Part shown: piece by piece, positions 39,482 to 53,578 of the stretch
Layout of the letters: each line of letters begins with the position of its first letter
How positions within the stretch are numbered: the stretch's first letter is position 1
The notes under the pieces: generated by a model
Databases searched by the model: none
Seen by the model: the letters and a program-made list of their open reading frames with translations, nothing else
What the model was told of the DNA's origin: nothing
Translations under genes and position numbers: made by a program
NCBI GenBank assembly: GCA_002245135.1
Contig: NGBS01000307.1
Location: 62,001-121,672 of the forward strand
Reading direction: 5' to 3'
Origin: Proteromonas lacertae
Lineage: Eukaryota
Length of the DNA: 59,672 nt

Positions 39482-40762
39482 CTACATAGGTGGTGGAGGT
39501 TGTTGTTGAATTTGTTGTGATTGTTGTTGTTGTTGTTGCTGTTGAGATAAAATACTTCCCGTTGAATCAGATGGAGCAATACCAATTTCATCACTACTCA
39601 TTCTCTTCTGAAAATATTTATTAAAAAATATCATAGTTGAAGTAACACTTAACAAAGCATCAAATATATTATTAATAATACAATATTTATGAATAGCTAA
39701 TAAAGAATTATAACACATATTCTTTATAGCATCATTACGGAAAATGAAAAATATATGATCTAATATATTACTACATTCAACTATAGCTTGTGATGTCAAA
39801 TAGGGTGGAGATAATGTCTTTGTTTCTGTTGTAGGATTATTATTATTATTGATATTATTATTTGGAACTATTAATTGGTAAGGAAAAGGCTCTAATGGAA
39901 TTGCGATTGAAGCAGATCGTTCTCTTCTTTCATTAATTTCATCTTCGTCTTCTTCTTGGATGATTGACAAATCATTATTGATATTGAATTGTGACACAAA
40001 TGGTTGATTTGTTAATCTATTTAAGAATAATAATTATAATCAAATATACACTAAAAATAAACCACACAATTTACAAATAGCTGAGTTTGGAAGTATAAAT
40101 ATTTCATTTTTTAAATAATATAGTGTTATTGTGAAAACTATATTTATATTTTTGAAATTAATATCTGAAATATCTTTCAAGTTTGATAATTCTGCAATTT
40201 TTGAATCTTTTTCTCCCATTTCATCACTTTCTTCTTTCAATTCGTTAATTTGATATATTGATGGTTGAGATAAATCTGGTATCTTTACTTTATTCTGTTC
40301 GGAAGAAGTTGATTTTCGAATATGATTATATATTGCCAATAACAAAACATCAATACCTGAAAGATATTCTGGATGTTCTTTATGATTGAGCATGAATAGG
40401 TATAGCAATGTTGGAAGGTGGTAATATACATATCTATGTAATTCAAGTTCTGGGCCTAATATCCAATTAAAAAACCATCCACACAGACATCCGGTTAACT
40501 ATTATATTAAATTATATAAAAATACGAGTGGTGAGGGATTTGTTAATAGAGTCTTTTCGATTAAAGTAGGTAGACTATCTTCATTTTTAAGTAAGTATTT
40601 ACTTAATTCAATTTGTTCTTTTATATCTCCTGAATAGGCTTTCTTAAAAGTATCTACAATCTTCTGAACTTCCGAATCATCATCAGAGAAGAAATCAGCA
40701 TCATTAAAAACTTTTAAAATATCTGCAGCAATAGATATATGCTTCACTGAGTCAGTATTCAT
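39482..40762 (-). CDS. Hyccin/FAM126-like protein (PI4KIIIalpha complex subunit) with poly-Q tail
   Basis: HLPTLLYLFM...SGIDVLLLAIYN...VKIPDLSQPSIYQ matches the hyccin core (LPELI...GCIEALLLGVYN...IPSLSKPSVYH). Three exons joined by short introns. Confidence 0.7.
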
Positions 40763-41147
40763 TAAAAATATTCTTGTGAAAAAGCGGGATAAAAAGTAAA
40801 TTACCTGAAATGACTAAATTATTACATTCTCAATTTTTAGCTAATAATAAACCTTAATAATACATTAACTACTATAACTAAAAGAATGGATGATGGATTC
40901 CTTTTATGAGTAAAGTTATAAAGCATCTTTAGTTATCTAAACTATATTTGGTGAATTATGAAAAAAAGTTGTACTAATCTTTATTTCTTTATTATTTTTA
41001 TAAAAAGGATGAGTATTTACTCAGATATTCTATTATGAAATTTACCAAACTTGGCTTGCTAATATGTTCAGTGATTTTTTCTTATTTAAAGCCATTATAA
41101 TTTATATAGTTACTTTCACTTTTTTATTTCAGGTTTAATCTCATTCT

Positions 41148-44100
41148 ATGAGTATATTTTTTTTTATATATATTTATAGGCAATAACAATCAAGAATCAG
41201 AACCTGATAGAATACCACTAGGCGGAGCTGGCTTTTATGATAGTGATATATATGGCGAAGGCGGTGATAAAACTCTAGGTAAAAAGAAAATAATTTCTAC
41301 TGGTTATGTACAGTCTATTGGAGCAGATGACAATTCAGATGAAGATATAGATGAAATGGGAGGAAAGTATATATTATTAATGTATTATTTATATTCTAAT
41401 AGTCATCCATCTACACTAAAAGCACAACAAAAAATGGAAGAAGAAGATGACAGAGAATTACTGAAAAGATATCAAGAAACAGGTGGTTCAGGAATAGATC
41501 ATACAAAAATAGGAGAAAGACAAGATTTATATCATCAGCGACAGATGAATAGGAGATTAAGTCCAGAAAGAGGTGATATGTTTGGAGATAAAACACCAAG
41601 TAGAGGATATGCTGAAATTATGAAAGAAGAACAAGCCAGAAATGAACTAGATGAGACTTTAAAGAAAATAGATGAAATCGAAAAGAAAAAAGATGAAGAT
41701 AATCGAAATGCTTTAAAAAGAAAGTGGGAAGAACCTCCTCCACCATCATCATCATCAGATACATCATCAAGTGCAAAGAAATCAAAATGGTCAGATGAAA
41801 CTCCAGTCGCATCAATGGCAGCTAATGCTTCAACACCAGTATCATCAAGATGGGATGCAACACCAGTCAATCCATCAGGTGTAACTCCAGGTAGAATGTC
41901 ACGATGGAATACACCTACTCCAATGGGTAGTAGCAGTGGTACTGCAGGTAGTGAAACATCTAAACGAAGTAGATGGGATGAAACACCAGCAGGCCAAACA
42001 CCAGTAGCAGCTCCTGATGATATTACACCATTATTAGCTACAGCAAGTACTACACGATTTGCAGATACTAGTGTGACCGCTGAAGCAGCTGCACATGTGA
42101 GATATAATAGAGAATTACAAATAAGAAATCGTCTACTGACTGATGATGAGTTAGATTCATTATTACCATCAGGATATCAGATATTAATCCCTCCCAAAGG
42201 TTATGTTGAGAAGAATACTCCTAATAGATCATTATTAGCAACTCCAACTCCTTATAATAGTACTCCTGGTTTCTTTATGCAGAATGCAGCTACTCCTTCA
42301 GTATTTGGTGCTGGTGATGCAATGAATAGCTTAGCTCCACCTTCAGATCCAAGTTTACCTGATATAAAACCAGAAGATATTCAATTCTTTGGCAAATTAT
42401 TCACAGCTGAAAAGGAAGAAAATATGACAACAGAAGAAGCAATAGAAAGAAAGATATTACAATTATTATTAAAGATAAAGAATGGAACTCCATTACAAAG
42501 AAAAGGAGCATTAAGACAAATTAGTGACAGAGCTAGAGAATATGGCGCTAAAGCAATATTTGATAACATATTACCAATATTAATGAGTCAAACATTAGAA
42601 GATCAAGAAAGACATTTAATGGTCAAAGTTATTGATAGAGTTTTGTATCAATTAGAAGATTTGGTTCGTCCATATGTACATAAAATACTAGTCGTTATTG
42701 AACCAATGTTAATTGATGAAGATTATTATGCCAGAATTGAAGGTAGAGAAATTATATCCAATTTAGCTAAAGCTGCTGGTTTAGCTACTATGATTTCAAC
42801 AATGAGACCAGAGATTGATTCACAAGATGAATATGTGAGAAATACAACAGCTAAAGCATTTGCTGTAGTTGCTTCTGCATTAGGTATTCCAACAATGTTA
42901 CCATTCTTAAAAGCAGTTTGTCAATCAAAGAAGAGTTGGATGGCTCGTCATACAGGCATTAAAATAATTCATCAAATCGCTATATTAATGGGATGTGGTA
43001 TATTACCTCATTTAAAGCATTTAATTCCAATTATACAGAATGGATTAGAAGATGAACAACAGAAAGTAAGAACAGTAACTGCCTTAGCAATCGCTGCATT
43101 AGCTGAAGCTGCTCATCCTTATGGTATTGAAGCATTTGATAGTGTATTAGAACCATTATGGAAAGGTTGTAGAAAACATAGAGGCAAAGGATTAGCTGCA
43201 TTTCTAAAAGCAATTGGTTGTCATTATTCCGCTGATGGATAATCGATATGCTTTATATTATACTAAGGAAGTAATGCCAATATTAACTCGTGAATTTGGA
43301 ACTCCTGATGATGAAATGAAGAAAATTGTATTGAAAGTTGTAAAACAATGTGTTAGTACTGATGGAGTTGATTCTAAATATGTCAGAGATAATATCTTAC
43401 CAGAGTTTTTCCGTAATTTCTGGGTAAGAAGAATGTCAATGGATCGTCGTAATTACATACAGTGTGTTGAAACAACAGTAGAATTAGCTAATAAAGTAGG
43501 TAGTTATTTAGTATTATCACGTTTAGTGGATGATATGAAAGATGATCATGAACAATATCGTAAGATGATATTAGAAGTGATGCAAAGAATCATCAGTACA
43601 ATGGGAGTTAGTGAAATAGATGAAATATTAGAAAAAAGAATAATGGATGGTTTATTATATGCTTTTCAAGAACAATCCAGTGAAGAAGCTGAAACAATGT
43701 TAAGAGCATTTGGTATAATTATTACAGCATTAGGTGAAAGAGCAAAATCATACTTCTTACAAATATCTGGTGCTATTAAATGGAGATTACAGAATAAGAA
43801 TGCTAAAGTTAGAATGCAAGCTGCTGATTTGATTCAAAAGATTGCTAGTCCAATGATGAAATATGGTGAAGAAAGAGCATTGAATTATTTAAGTCAAATG
43901 TTATTTGAATATTTAGGAGAAGAATATCCTGAAGTGTTAGGTAGTATTTTAGGTGGTTTAAAAGCTATAGTGAATGTAGTTGGAATGAATCATATAAAAC
44001 CACCAATTAAGGATTTATTACCAAGATTAACACCAATTTTAAGAAATAGAAATGAAAAAGTACAAGAAAATTGTATTGATTTAGTTGGAAGAATCGCTGA

Positions 44101-44887
44101 TAGAGCTGCAGATCAAGTCAGTGCAAGAGAATGGATGAGAATATGTTTTGAATTATTAGAAATGTTAAAAGCACATAAGAAAGATATAAGAAGAGCAGCT
44201 GTTAATACATTTGGTTATATTGCTAAAGCTATTGGTCCACAGGAAGTATTGAAACCGTTATTAGATAATTTAAAAGTACAAGAAAGACAGCTTCGATTAT
44301 GTACAACTATTGCTATTGCTATTGTCGCTGAAACCTGTCAACCATTTACAGTATTACCTGCATTAATGAATGAATATACAGTAAAAGATATGAATGTACA
44401 AAACGGTGTATTAAAGACATTTTCATTTATGTTTGAGTATATTGCTGAAATGGGTCAAGATTATATTTATGCTGTTACTACATTATTAGAAGATGCTTTA
44501 ATGGATAGAGATTTAATTCATAGACAAACAGCAGCATCTGCATTAGGTCATTTAGCTATTGGTGTTTATGGTTTAGGAAAAGAAGATGCTTTAGGACATT
44601 TATTGAATTTTGTTATGCCAAATATATTTGAAACATCTCCACATGTAATTAAAGCAGTATTTGCTGCGATTGAAGGATGTAGAATAGGTTGTGGAGTTGG
44701 TAAATTATTGTTATATATATATCAAGGATTATTCCATGCTGCTAGAAAAGTTAGAGAACCTTATTGGAAAATATATAATAATTGTTATGTTTATAATGCT
44801 GATGGAATGATTCCTTTCTTACCTCGTTTAACTGATGATGAAGGAATGGAACAATATGAGAAGAGTTATTTAGAATTAACTATCTAA
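41148..44887 (+). CDS. SF3B1: Splicing factor 3B subunit 1 (SF3b155); one +1 shift near 43220
   Basis: RWDETP/WDATP ULM repeats, [62 protein letters not shown] 41148, introns 41152-41179 and 41367-41402. Confidence 0.97.
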
Positions 44888-45023
44888 TCATTTTTTTTTT
44901 CTTTTTTCTTTAAACAAAGACATTAGAAACATTAAAAACATAATAATGAAATAGTTATTTACTCAATTAACAACAACAACATTTTTTCATTAACAATATT
45001 AGTAAAAGATATAATTGTATCTT

Positions 45024-47296
45024 CTATTTTACTAACAAGGAATTGTTATATATATTCTTAAGATCCTGTCTATACTTGTTAATTATCCTAAATCTATTGA
45101 TTTTCATTGATGGAGTTAATAATCCATTCTCTATTGTTAGACTTTCAGAATCTATCAAAACTGCTCTTGGAATTTCAAACCCTCTAATATTAGGATTTGC
45201 TTTTCCTGATGTATGAATCAATTCTTTTATATGTGATAAATATAAAGGTGAAGAAACAATTTCATCATAATCACTACTATGCAATTCTCTCATTCCCCAA
45301 CTAATTGCATTTTCACGATTAGGAATAACTAAACAAACTAAATAGATCCAAGTTGATTCACCATATAATACAATTTGATCAACTTCTTTCAACTTTTCAA
45401 ACTCAGTTTCAACAGCTTCTACAAATACAAATTCACCTTGAGAGAGTTTAAATATATTTTTCTTTCTATCCACAATCTTAAATGCCAGATTAGGTAGAAT
45501 AATAGCAATATCACCAGTATGTAACCAACCATCTTTATCAAATATTGTGTTATTATATATAGATTCACAATTCTCTTGAAAATAACCTTTACACAAACCA
45601 GTACCTCTTACACATATCTCACCTCTACCTAGGCATTCTATACTATCATTATGAATCTTATCTTGAACATTATAATTCAATTCAGGAACATCAATCAATT
45701 TAATTTCATAGGAAGGAATTGGCCCACCAATATGACCAATACAACTATCTAATGGACTAGTAAAAGCGACAGATATTGTTTCTGTTTGACCATATCCTTC
45801 AATTAAGGGACAACAGAAGAATGCTCTGAGGAAGTTCATTATTTCTAAATCCATTGGAGCACCACCAGTTTGAGACCATCTTATATTACCAAATCCCATT
45901 TCATTACGTAACTATATTAAAATAATAATAAATATGTTTATATACATTTCTATAAATAGTATTATCTTGAGGATGTTTGTAAATTCCTGAAGGGAATGAT
46001 TTTGCTTTTTCATTTACATGCTTCATTATTTCATCTTCAGTATTATAATTTGTTAATTCTTTTAATATCATTGAATGTAATCTCAAAAATCTATTCACAA
46101 TAATAACAAATTCATAATTATACATTCTTGGAACAGCTGCAAACATAGTTGGCTTTAACACTTTAACATCATCAAATAATTCATCAGGTTTACCCTAATA
46201 ATAATAATAATAATATATATATATATATACATGATAAAAACCAATACAACCACCTTCTTCTAATATAGCAGGATGCATTACTCTTTCCATAATATGAGCC
46301 AAAGGTAAAAAACATAAATATTTATCAACATTACTATAGGTAATACCAACTGCTCTCCAAGCAGCTATATTGGCTATTATTGATCGATGAGGTACCAAAA
46401 CTCCTTTTGGCTCACCAGTACTTCCACTTGTATAACAGACTGTACAAATATCTTCTGAAGTAGGTGGAATTGGAGTTAAACGATGTTGTTTTCCATATTC
46501 TTCTATTTCTTTCATTGAATATATTTTATACTATTCATAATATTATATTATTATACAGTTGATTCTAACTTTGCTTTCATTTCATTATCATTCACTTCGT
46601 CTATCACTATAATATACTGTAATTGTAGCTTATTATGATCTAAAGAGGCAATCTATATATAATGTAACATATTTATATAAATACAATTGATAATTCCTTA
46701 GATGAACACAATAATCCTCGAATGTGTGACGACTGTAATATACATTCAACACTATGTATCCCCAACATCTCATGAACAGGTAGAACTGTAATAGAATATG
46801 CATTCATTGCTTGTTCACATACTACCCAATCTAGACAATTAACACAGAATATTCCAAAGTATTCCAGACTCTAATAAATAAATTGATATAAATAAAAAAA
46901 ATACTGCTTCTTTTGTTGTGTATTTCAATCCTTTTATACCACTGCCAAAATTTTGAATTCTTTCCCACATTTCTTGATAAGTTATCCATTTATAATCACT
47001 ATATTTATCATTTACCTATTTCAATATTTAATATATGGGATAATATACGAGTTGCCTATAACCATAACAATTATTTTCAGGAAATTTTCTTAAACCTCTT
47101 TGAAATGCATCATAACTGTAATATGAGATAATTACATATTATACAGAGTATTAACATCTGGATATGCAGTTTTAACCAAACTATCAGGATGTTTGATAGA
47201 ACGATAAATAGGGGACTAAAAATTGATCAATATTGTCATATATACATTACCAGGCGTTGCTGGATTTACTTCTTTTGAATAAATCACTTGATTCAT
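45024..47296 (-). CDS. Long-chain acyl-CoA synthetase (ACSL/LACS family)
   Basis: CYTSGSTGEPKGV, FLPLAHIMER, EGYGQTE, GEICVRG, DGWLHTGDIA, DRKKNIFKLSQGE. ATG at 47296, several short introns. Confidence 0.95.
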
Positions 47297-47444
47297 TTGT
47301 TTTGCATACCCAATTTTGAAAAGACACTTTTTCAATAACCCATTTCACAATTTTGTTTTTTCTCTCACTTAAACCAACAATAAACACATTTTATCATTTT
47401 ATATTGTATAAAAAATATATAATAATTGCAATATGGATTAAATT

Positions 47445-50400
47445 TTAAGCTTCATCTGGATCTTTCTTTCCTTCATCAGCGAAGAATAAAAATACATCAT
47501 CTAATGTGGTTTCAGATATAGAATATTCATCTATTGATAATTTTTCTTTGTTATTTTCCAATTCTTCAAAGATCTTTGAAAATTGAACATTTCCTTCATT
47601 TATCTATTTATTATTATTATTAAATCATGATACATGATATATTCGAATTATTGAACTACTTTGGAGAAGTTAACATACTCTTGGGATATAATTCTTGAAT
47701 CATCTTTTCTACTTCTTTTTGATTTTCTTCAAGATTATTTACATTCTCTATTTAATAATAATAATAATAATAATATACTATTTAATCTCACTGTTAAGAA
47801 ATATCCATTACCATAATCACTCTTCAAATCAGCACTTGTTCCTAAACATCTCATATTTCCATGAGTTAAGATTCCTATTCTATTACACAAGGTTTCAGCT
47901 TCTTCCATTGAATGAGTTGTTAATACTATCACTTTACCATTCTCTCTGATATCTTCAATAAAATTCCATAAACTTCTTCTTGTGATTGGATCCATTCCTG
48001 TACTTGGCTCATCTAAAAATACTACTTTGGGATTTCCTATCAATGATAATAATACACTCATTCTTCTTTTATTTCCACCACTTAAACTACCGATTAAACT
48101 ATCTTTCTTCTCAGTCAGATTTACACTATCTAAATAATTTGATATTAATCTTTTACATTCATTCTTTTCTATACTGTATAATAAACAATATCCATAAAGA
48201 TATTCATATGGAGTTATATTATTGTATAAAGCATCAAATTGAGGACAAACTCCTAAACTAGTTCTTGCTTTTTCTAATTCATCACTTATACTGTAATTAT
48301 TAATATATCCTTCTCCTTCAGAAGCTGTTTCTACTCCTGTTAAGATTTTTATCAATGTTGTTTTACCTGCTCCATTTTCACCTAATAAACCAAATAATTC
48401 TCCTTTTCCTATTCCTAATGATAATTTATTCACTGCTTGGAAGTATTTTCCATCACTCTTTTTGAATATTTTGGATAGTTCTTTTATGTGAATCAAATCA
48501 TAATCACTTTTATTTGTTCCTTTTTCTTTTATTCTTTCTACTTCTTTTTCAACATTTATATCACCTTTTTCTTCATTTCCTTTTTCTAAATCAACTTTCT
48601 TACTTTTATAATATTTAGAAGATTTCTGTTTTTCTGCTCTCGATTTCCAACTTGGAAGAAATATTTCCACTAAATATATTATCAAACTGAACAATATTAT
48701 TTCAACTATGAATATTATATAAACATAGATTAAATCTTTATCTGGATCAAATATATCTTTGAATGAATATGGAACACCTATCTTCGCTGCTGATTCTAAT
48801 AAGGCTATTCATATATTATTATTATTATTATTATATAAATTATACAGAATGCTCGAAATACTCCATAAGGAGGTAATATTGCACATAAATTCATTGCTAA
48901 GGCAGATGGATTACTACTAAAAGCAGTAAATAACCATGGTAACATTGTCATCATATTAAGAAGTTCATTTGTTGATTCTTGAGCAACCTATCAAAATCAA
49001 TATAACAACATTATATATATATATTATACAGTAAGATTGTTCATCGGTAATGCAATTAAATAACCAAATATTACTGATAATGGAGAATATAATATAAGAA
49101 TAAGAATAAAAGCAAAGAAATTATTCTCTAATACTCCTTTGAATTGAAAACAAGCCATTAGAACAATGGATATAATAAATGGAACAAAACAACATACAGT
49201 ATGAACTACAGCATGAGATAACCAATATATCTTTCGATCCAATGAAGATATTAAGAATTGATTCTTTATATTCGTTGTTTTCTCAAATACAATATTCTCA
49301 CAGAAACTTGCACTCATTGAGGCAAATACTGAAGCAACCAGAATCATTGCACCTCCATTTGCAAATGATATACTATTAGCTGAACTTTCCGTTGGCTATT
49401 TCATTAAAATTATAAACAAATATACATCTTTCATTCTCATATGTTCAACATGTATTTCTTTTCCATTTGATACTTTTCGATAATAACTGTTGTATAATAA
49501 GTATGTCACAGATCTACTGTTGTAGTTTATATTTCCATTTAAAACTACATTTACATCATTATTATCTTTTGATTCAATGCAAAATGGAATTATTTCTATA
49601 CAATATTAGGTTTAAATATATATATATATACTATTCTCATAATTGGAATTACTTATTATTGTTTCATTTTTTATGTTTATCATTTCTTCATTACTTACTT
49701 CTTTAAATTCATAGTTATTTGGAAATTCACTTGATATTGTGTTTATTATTTCTTGGATTTTATCTGTTTTGATATATGGAACTAACAAATTACTAGAATA
49801 TTGATGAGGATATTTACTTACTTCAAATTCATATTTATTCAAATCCTATTGTAATATATTCATTTATTTATACTCTCAAAACAGTTATATCAATTATACA
49901 CAAAGCAAGTGTAAATACAATTGGATATACTAACATAAATGCTGTTGCAAATTGACTTCGTATTTGATATTTATACAAAAGATAACACATTCCTTTAAAT
50001 TGATTCCACGAAGAAAAATGAACTTTATATTCAGGTAGTTTTATTCTACTTCGAGATACTGAAGCTTGTTTCATTATTTTTTCGATTGGAATTACTTCAT
50101 CAGTTGTTGGAGTTATTTTTCGACTTCCTTTACCATCAGATGGAGATTTACTATCAGTATTTTTAGCATCATTTACTTCATTATGTAATTTAGCTAATTC
50201 AACAAATACATCTTCTAAACTTGGCATTGTCATTGAGATTGAACCATAATGTAATTCTTCTTTTTTATCTTCCAATTTCTTAAACAAACATGATAATTTT
50301 GAACTGTCTTCTAATGGCAAAATATATCTCAATTCACTTCCATTATCATTCACTTTCTTATATTCAATTATCTCTTTTATTGTTTCATTCAATTTTTCTA

Positions 50401-52659
50401 TCTCACAATTTTCATTCTTCTTTATGTTCAAATGATAACCTCTTCCATATTTCATCTTTAATTCTAATGAAGTTCCTTGGGCTTGAATTAAACCTCCAGA
50501 CATTACTGCTATTTCATCTCCTAATGCATCAGCTTCTTCCATTGAATGAGTTGTTAGGATTATTGTTTTGTTCTTCTTCTCTTCTTCTAATAAATTCCAT
50601 ACTTTTCTTCGATTATAAGGATCTAATCCAGTCGTTGGTTCATCTAATACAACTATCTCAGGATTTCCTATTAAGGATAATATCAATGATAATCTTCTCT
50701 TTTGACCTCCACTGAATGTTCCAACACTTTCTTTCATTTTAAATGTTAAACCAACTGTTTCTAATAATCGCTTACCTTCTTCTTGAAGATCTTTCTCTTT
50801 CAATCCTTTCATACTTCCATATAATAATATATGATCCATTGGAGTTAATTCATCATATAATACATCAAATTGAGGACAAACACCAAGACTCTTTCTTACT
50901 TCATCTTTATTATTTACTATACTAAAACCATTCACTACTATATCACCACCATCTTCATTTGGAGTTAATAATCCTATTGTCATATTCAATAATGTTGTTT
51001 TACCTGCTCCATTATGACCTAATAAGGCAAAGATTTCATTTCTCTTTATCTTTAGATTTACTCCTTTCACTGCATTAAATTCATTCTTTTTACCTTTATT
51101 GTAGGTTTTATGAATATCCTCAATTATTATACTGTTTGATTCATCTTTATTACTGTGTTTTGCATATATTCTCTTTCGATAATAAGATGGCATTAAAAAG
51201 TAATAAAATGGTAATGGAGTTTCTAAGTTTTGTTGAACTATATTAGTTAGATATAAAGCTAAAAGCATATATAAAACTACACACATTGACATTACAATCA
51301 ATGCATCTTGTAAATAATCACTATACATATTCAAATTATTCCAATCTAAACCTCTTTGATATGCTTCTCCTTCTGTTAAATCATGAATGAATATAGCTAT
51401 ATTTATTATATATAATATAATGTATTTATACTGTAAGGAGTAAGTGGCAATAGAAAGAATATTCCAACTATCACTCGATGAACATCATAAGCAATCATCG
51501 CATATTCAATCACATAATAGAAGGCTGGAAATATTGTAATCAAAGCCATTGAGATATAGATTATTGAATTAGTTTTATTGATTATTGCACTTATTACAAA
51601 TGAAAATGTCATTGTCTCAAGTGATACAATATAAGAAACAACCCAGAATAAACCATAGTTCGTATACTTCACTACTCCAGCAATATAACATCCTAGAATA
51701 AGTATTGAAGTTGGAACTATTTGCCATACTATTTCAAATATTAACCAAGAAAACCAATATAAAAGTCCACTCATCCCATTCATTGATAACATCTCCTTTA
51801 TTCCACGTTCTTTTTCACTACCAATTAGTCTAGTTGTACATTGTAATGTTCCATGAGTGAAAGATAAAAACAACATTGGTAGAATATATTGCTGAATATT
51901 CACCACTGCTTCAGATGATAGGAATCCAAATCGACTAGATGACTATTTAGTATATTTTAAGATATCTCATAATCATACCTGAATGAGAGAAGAAGTTAGT
52001 TTTGGACTGTTTTTTAGGTTATAGATTGATCTATAAATTATTTCTTCTAAGCTGGAAATTCCATTTAAGAAGAAAATGTATTCTTTCTGAAAAGGGATCT
52101 GATTATACTCAAGTCGAGCAGCTGAAGCATCATTTTGTGTAAAAATACCATAGTTAGTGGTATAGTTATATCTCAGAGCAAAGCGAGGATTTTCTTCTGA
52201 GTAACCACTTAAATCAAGTGTAGCGAATAATGTGGATGGATTTTTCTCATAATTACTATACATAGCATCATAGGAATTAAATCCAATTAAAATCCCTTCA
52301 CTTACACCAATAGTTCTATCAAATTACAAAGATTTATATACTTTTCTATTTCTGTTACCAATCGTTTTGTCGCATCATTCTGAGGATAATATGAAATAAA
52401 TCTAGCTACTTTGGAACACTAACAGAATATTTTCTAGAAAACATACGTCTATCATATTTTGAGGATTTGATGCTGGAATAGAAGGAATTTGAACCAGCTC
52501 AGGATCAAAATTGAACTTTACAGCCCATAACCAAAATACAACATAAATTGGTAAGAACACTTCCATAAATATCGTAGTTGGGCTTCTCATATATAGAAGT
52601 GCATTCTTCTTTAACAGAATCACCATCTGTTTTAGCACAGGAACACTTTTTATTGTCAT
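47445..52659 (-). CDS. Full-size ABC transporter, subfamily A
   Basis: N-terminal Q..ILLKKNALL. Two NBDs: LLGHNGAGKTT/SGGQKRRL/LDEPTTGLDP/TTHSMEEA and LLGENGAGKTT/SGGNKRRM/DEPSTGMDP. EKERGIKE and C-terminal SETTLDDVF. Short introns. Confidence 0.95.
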
Positions 52660-53281
52660 TGTCGTTAAAATAAGATTTTTTATTTCATTGACAATTTGTC
52701 CGTTTCATTCATTAATCATTTAGACAATTACCTTAAAACAAAAAAATTGTCAGAAGTTAAAAAGTATTGATTTATTATTTATTTTTTATGATGTATTATT
52801 ATATAGAGTATTTTATAGTTTTAAGAAGAAATCAACAAAAGTGTACTTATTGATATAAATGTTTATATTAATATCACATATAAGGTATTGTGAAGAAATC
52901 AAATCAAATTATGATATATTAGAAGCATTTTTAGAAAAAGCAAAATTGAGATTCTTGATCAAAAACAGATGAAAAGTTGTTAAATCAGGTTTATTCTGGA
53001 ATATTATAGAATAATATGATATAATGATGTGTTCAAGTAATAGATATGTTGTTTTTGAAATTTGAATTGTTACATATAACATGTGTTAATGGTATTTTTG
53101 ATATTTTTGATGATTTCTCTATGACAATATCAGATAATGTGTGTATACTCCTCATGACCTCTTTGACGTACAATTCTAGTCAAGTTGATGATGTTAATAA
53201 TACGAAAGTATAAAAGTATGATTTTAAGAGTGTTTAGTATATTCTGGATTGTCAGAATATCAAATATAAATTAATAGATGG
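51868..53281. repeat. Left arm of a near-identical inverted duplication (partner 58264-59672)
   Basis: Reverse complement matches 58264-59672 apart from a few small indels and substitutions. Covers ABCA 5' exons, the divergent promoter and the start of the SH3BGR-like gene. Confidence 0.97.
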
Positions 53282-53542
53282 ATCATTAGAAGAAAATAAG
53301 CTTATGAGAATGCAGTTATTTAAAATTAGTGGTATGTTTGAATTGTGTCTAGTTGAATAGGTTTGCAAGGTAAATATCCACAAATCTTCTTAATTGTTGA
53401 TGGTAGTATTAAATTTATTGGCGAATGTAAGGACATTCAACAATTAATAGAAAATGATCATTTAGATAGTTCTTATTTATCACAACATCCTGAAGTAAAG
53501 ACCTTTTCAAATGAATTTGCTAAAATTCCAAGAAAAATATAA
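53121..53542 (+). CDS. SH3BGR/glutaredoxin-like small protein, 3 exons, absent from the ORF track
   Basis: Exons 53121-53207, 53238-53331 and 53361-53542 give MTISDNVCILLMTSLT...ILDCQNIKYKLIDGSLEENKLMRMQLFKISGLQGKYPQIF...FIGECKDIQQLIEND. Introns of 30 and 29 nt. Confidence 0.8.
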
Positions 53543-53578
53543 ACATAAATAATTATAAATAAAACATTGTTGTGTTTA

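Noticed and set aside
27540..43242. Euplotes-type AAA-TAR programmed +1 frameshifting
   Set aside because: Shift sites are not adjacent to the stops (conserved SF3B1 residues fix the shift about 7 codons upstream) and no common motif is present.
46195..46230. Poly-Tyr, poly-Phe or YI-repeat tails on several ORFs
   Set aside because: Read-through into AT/TAT microsatellites within short introns.
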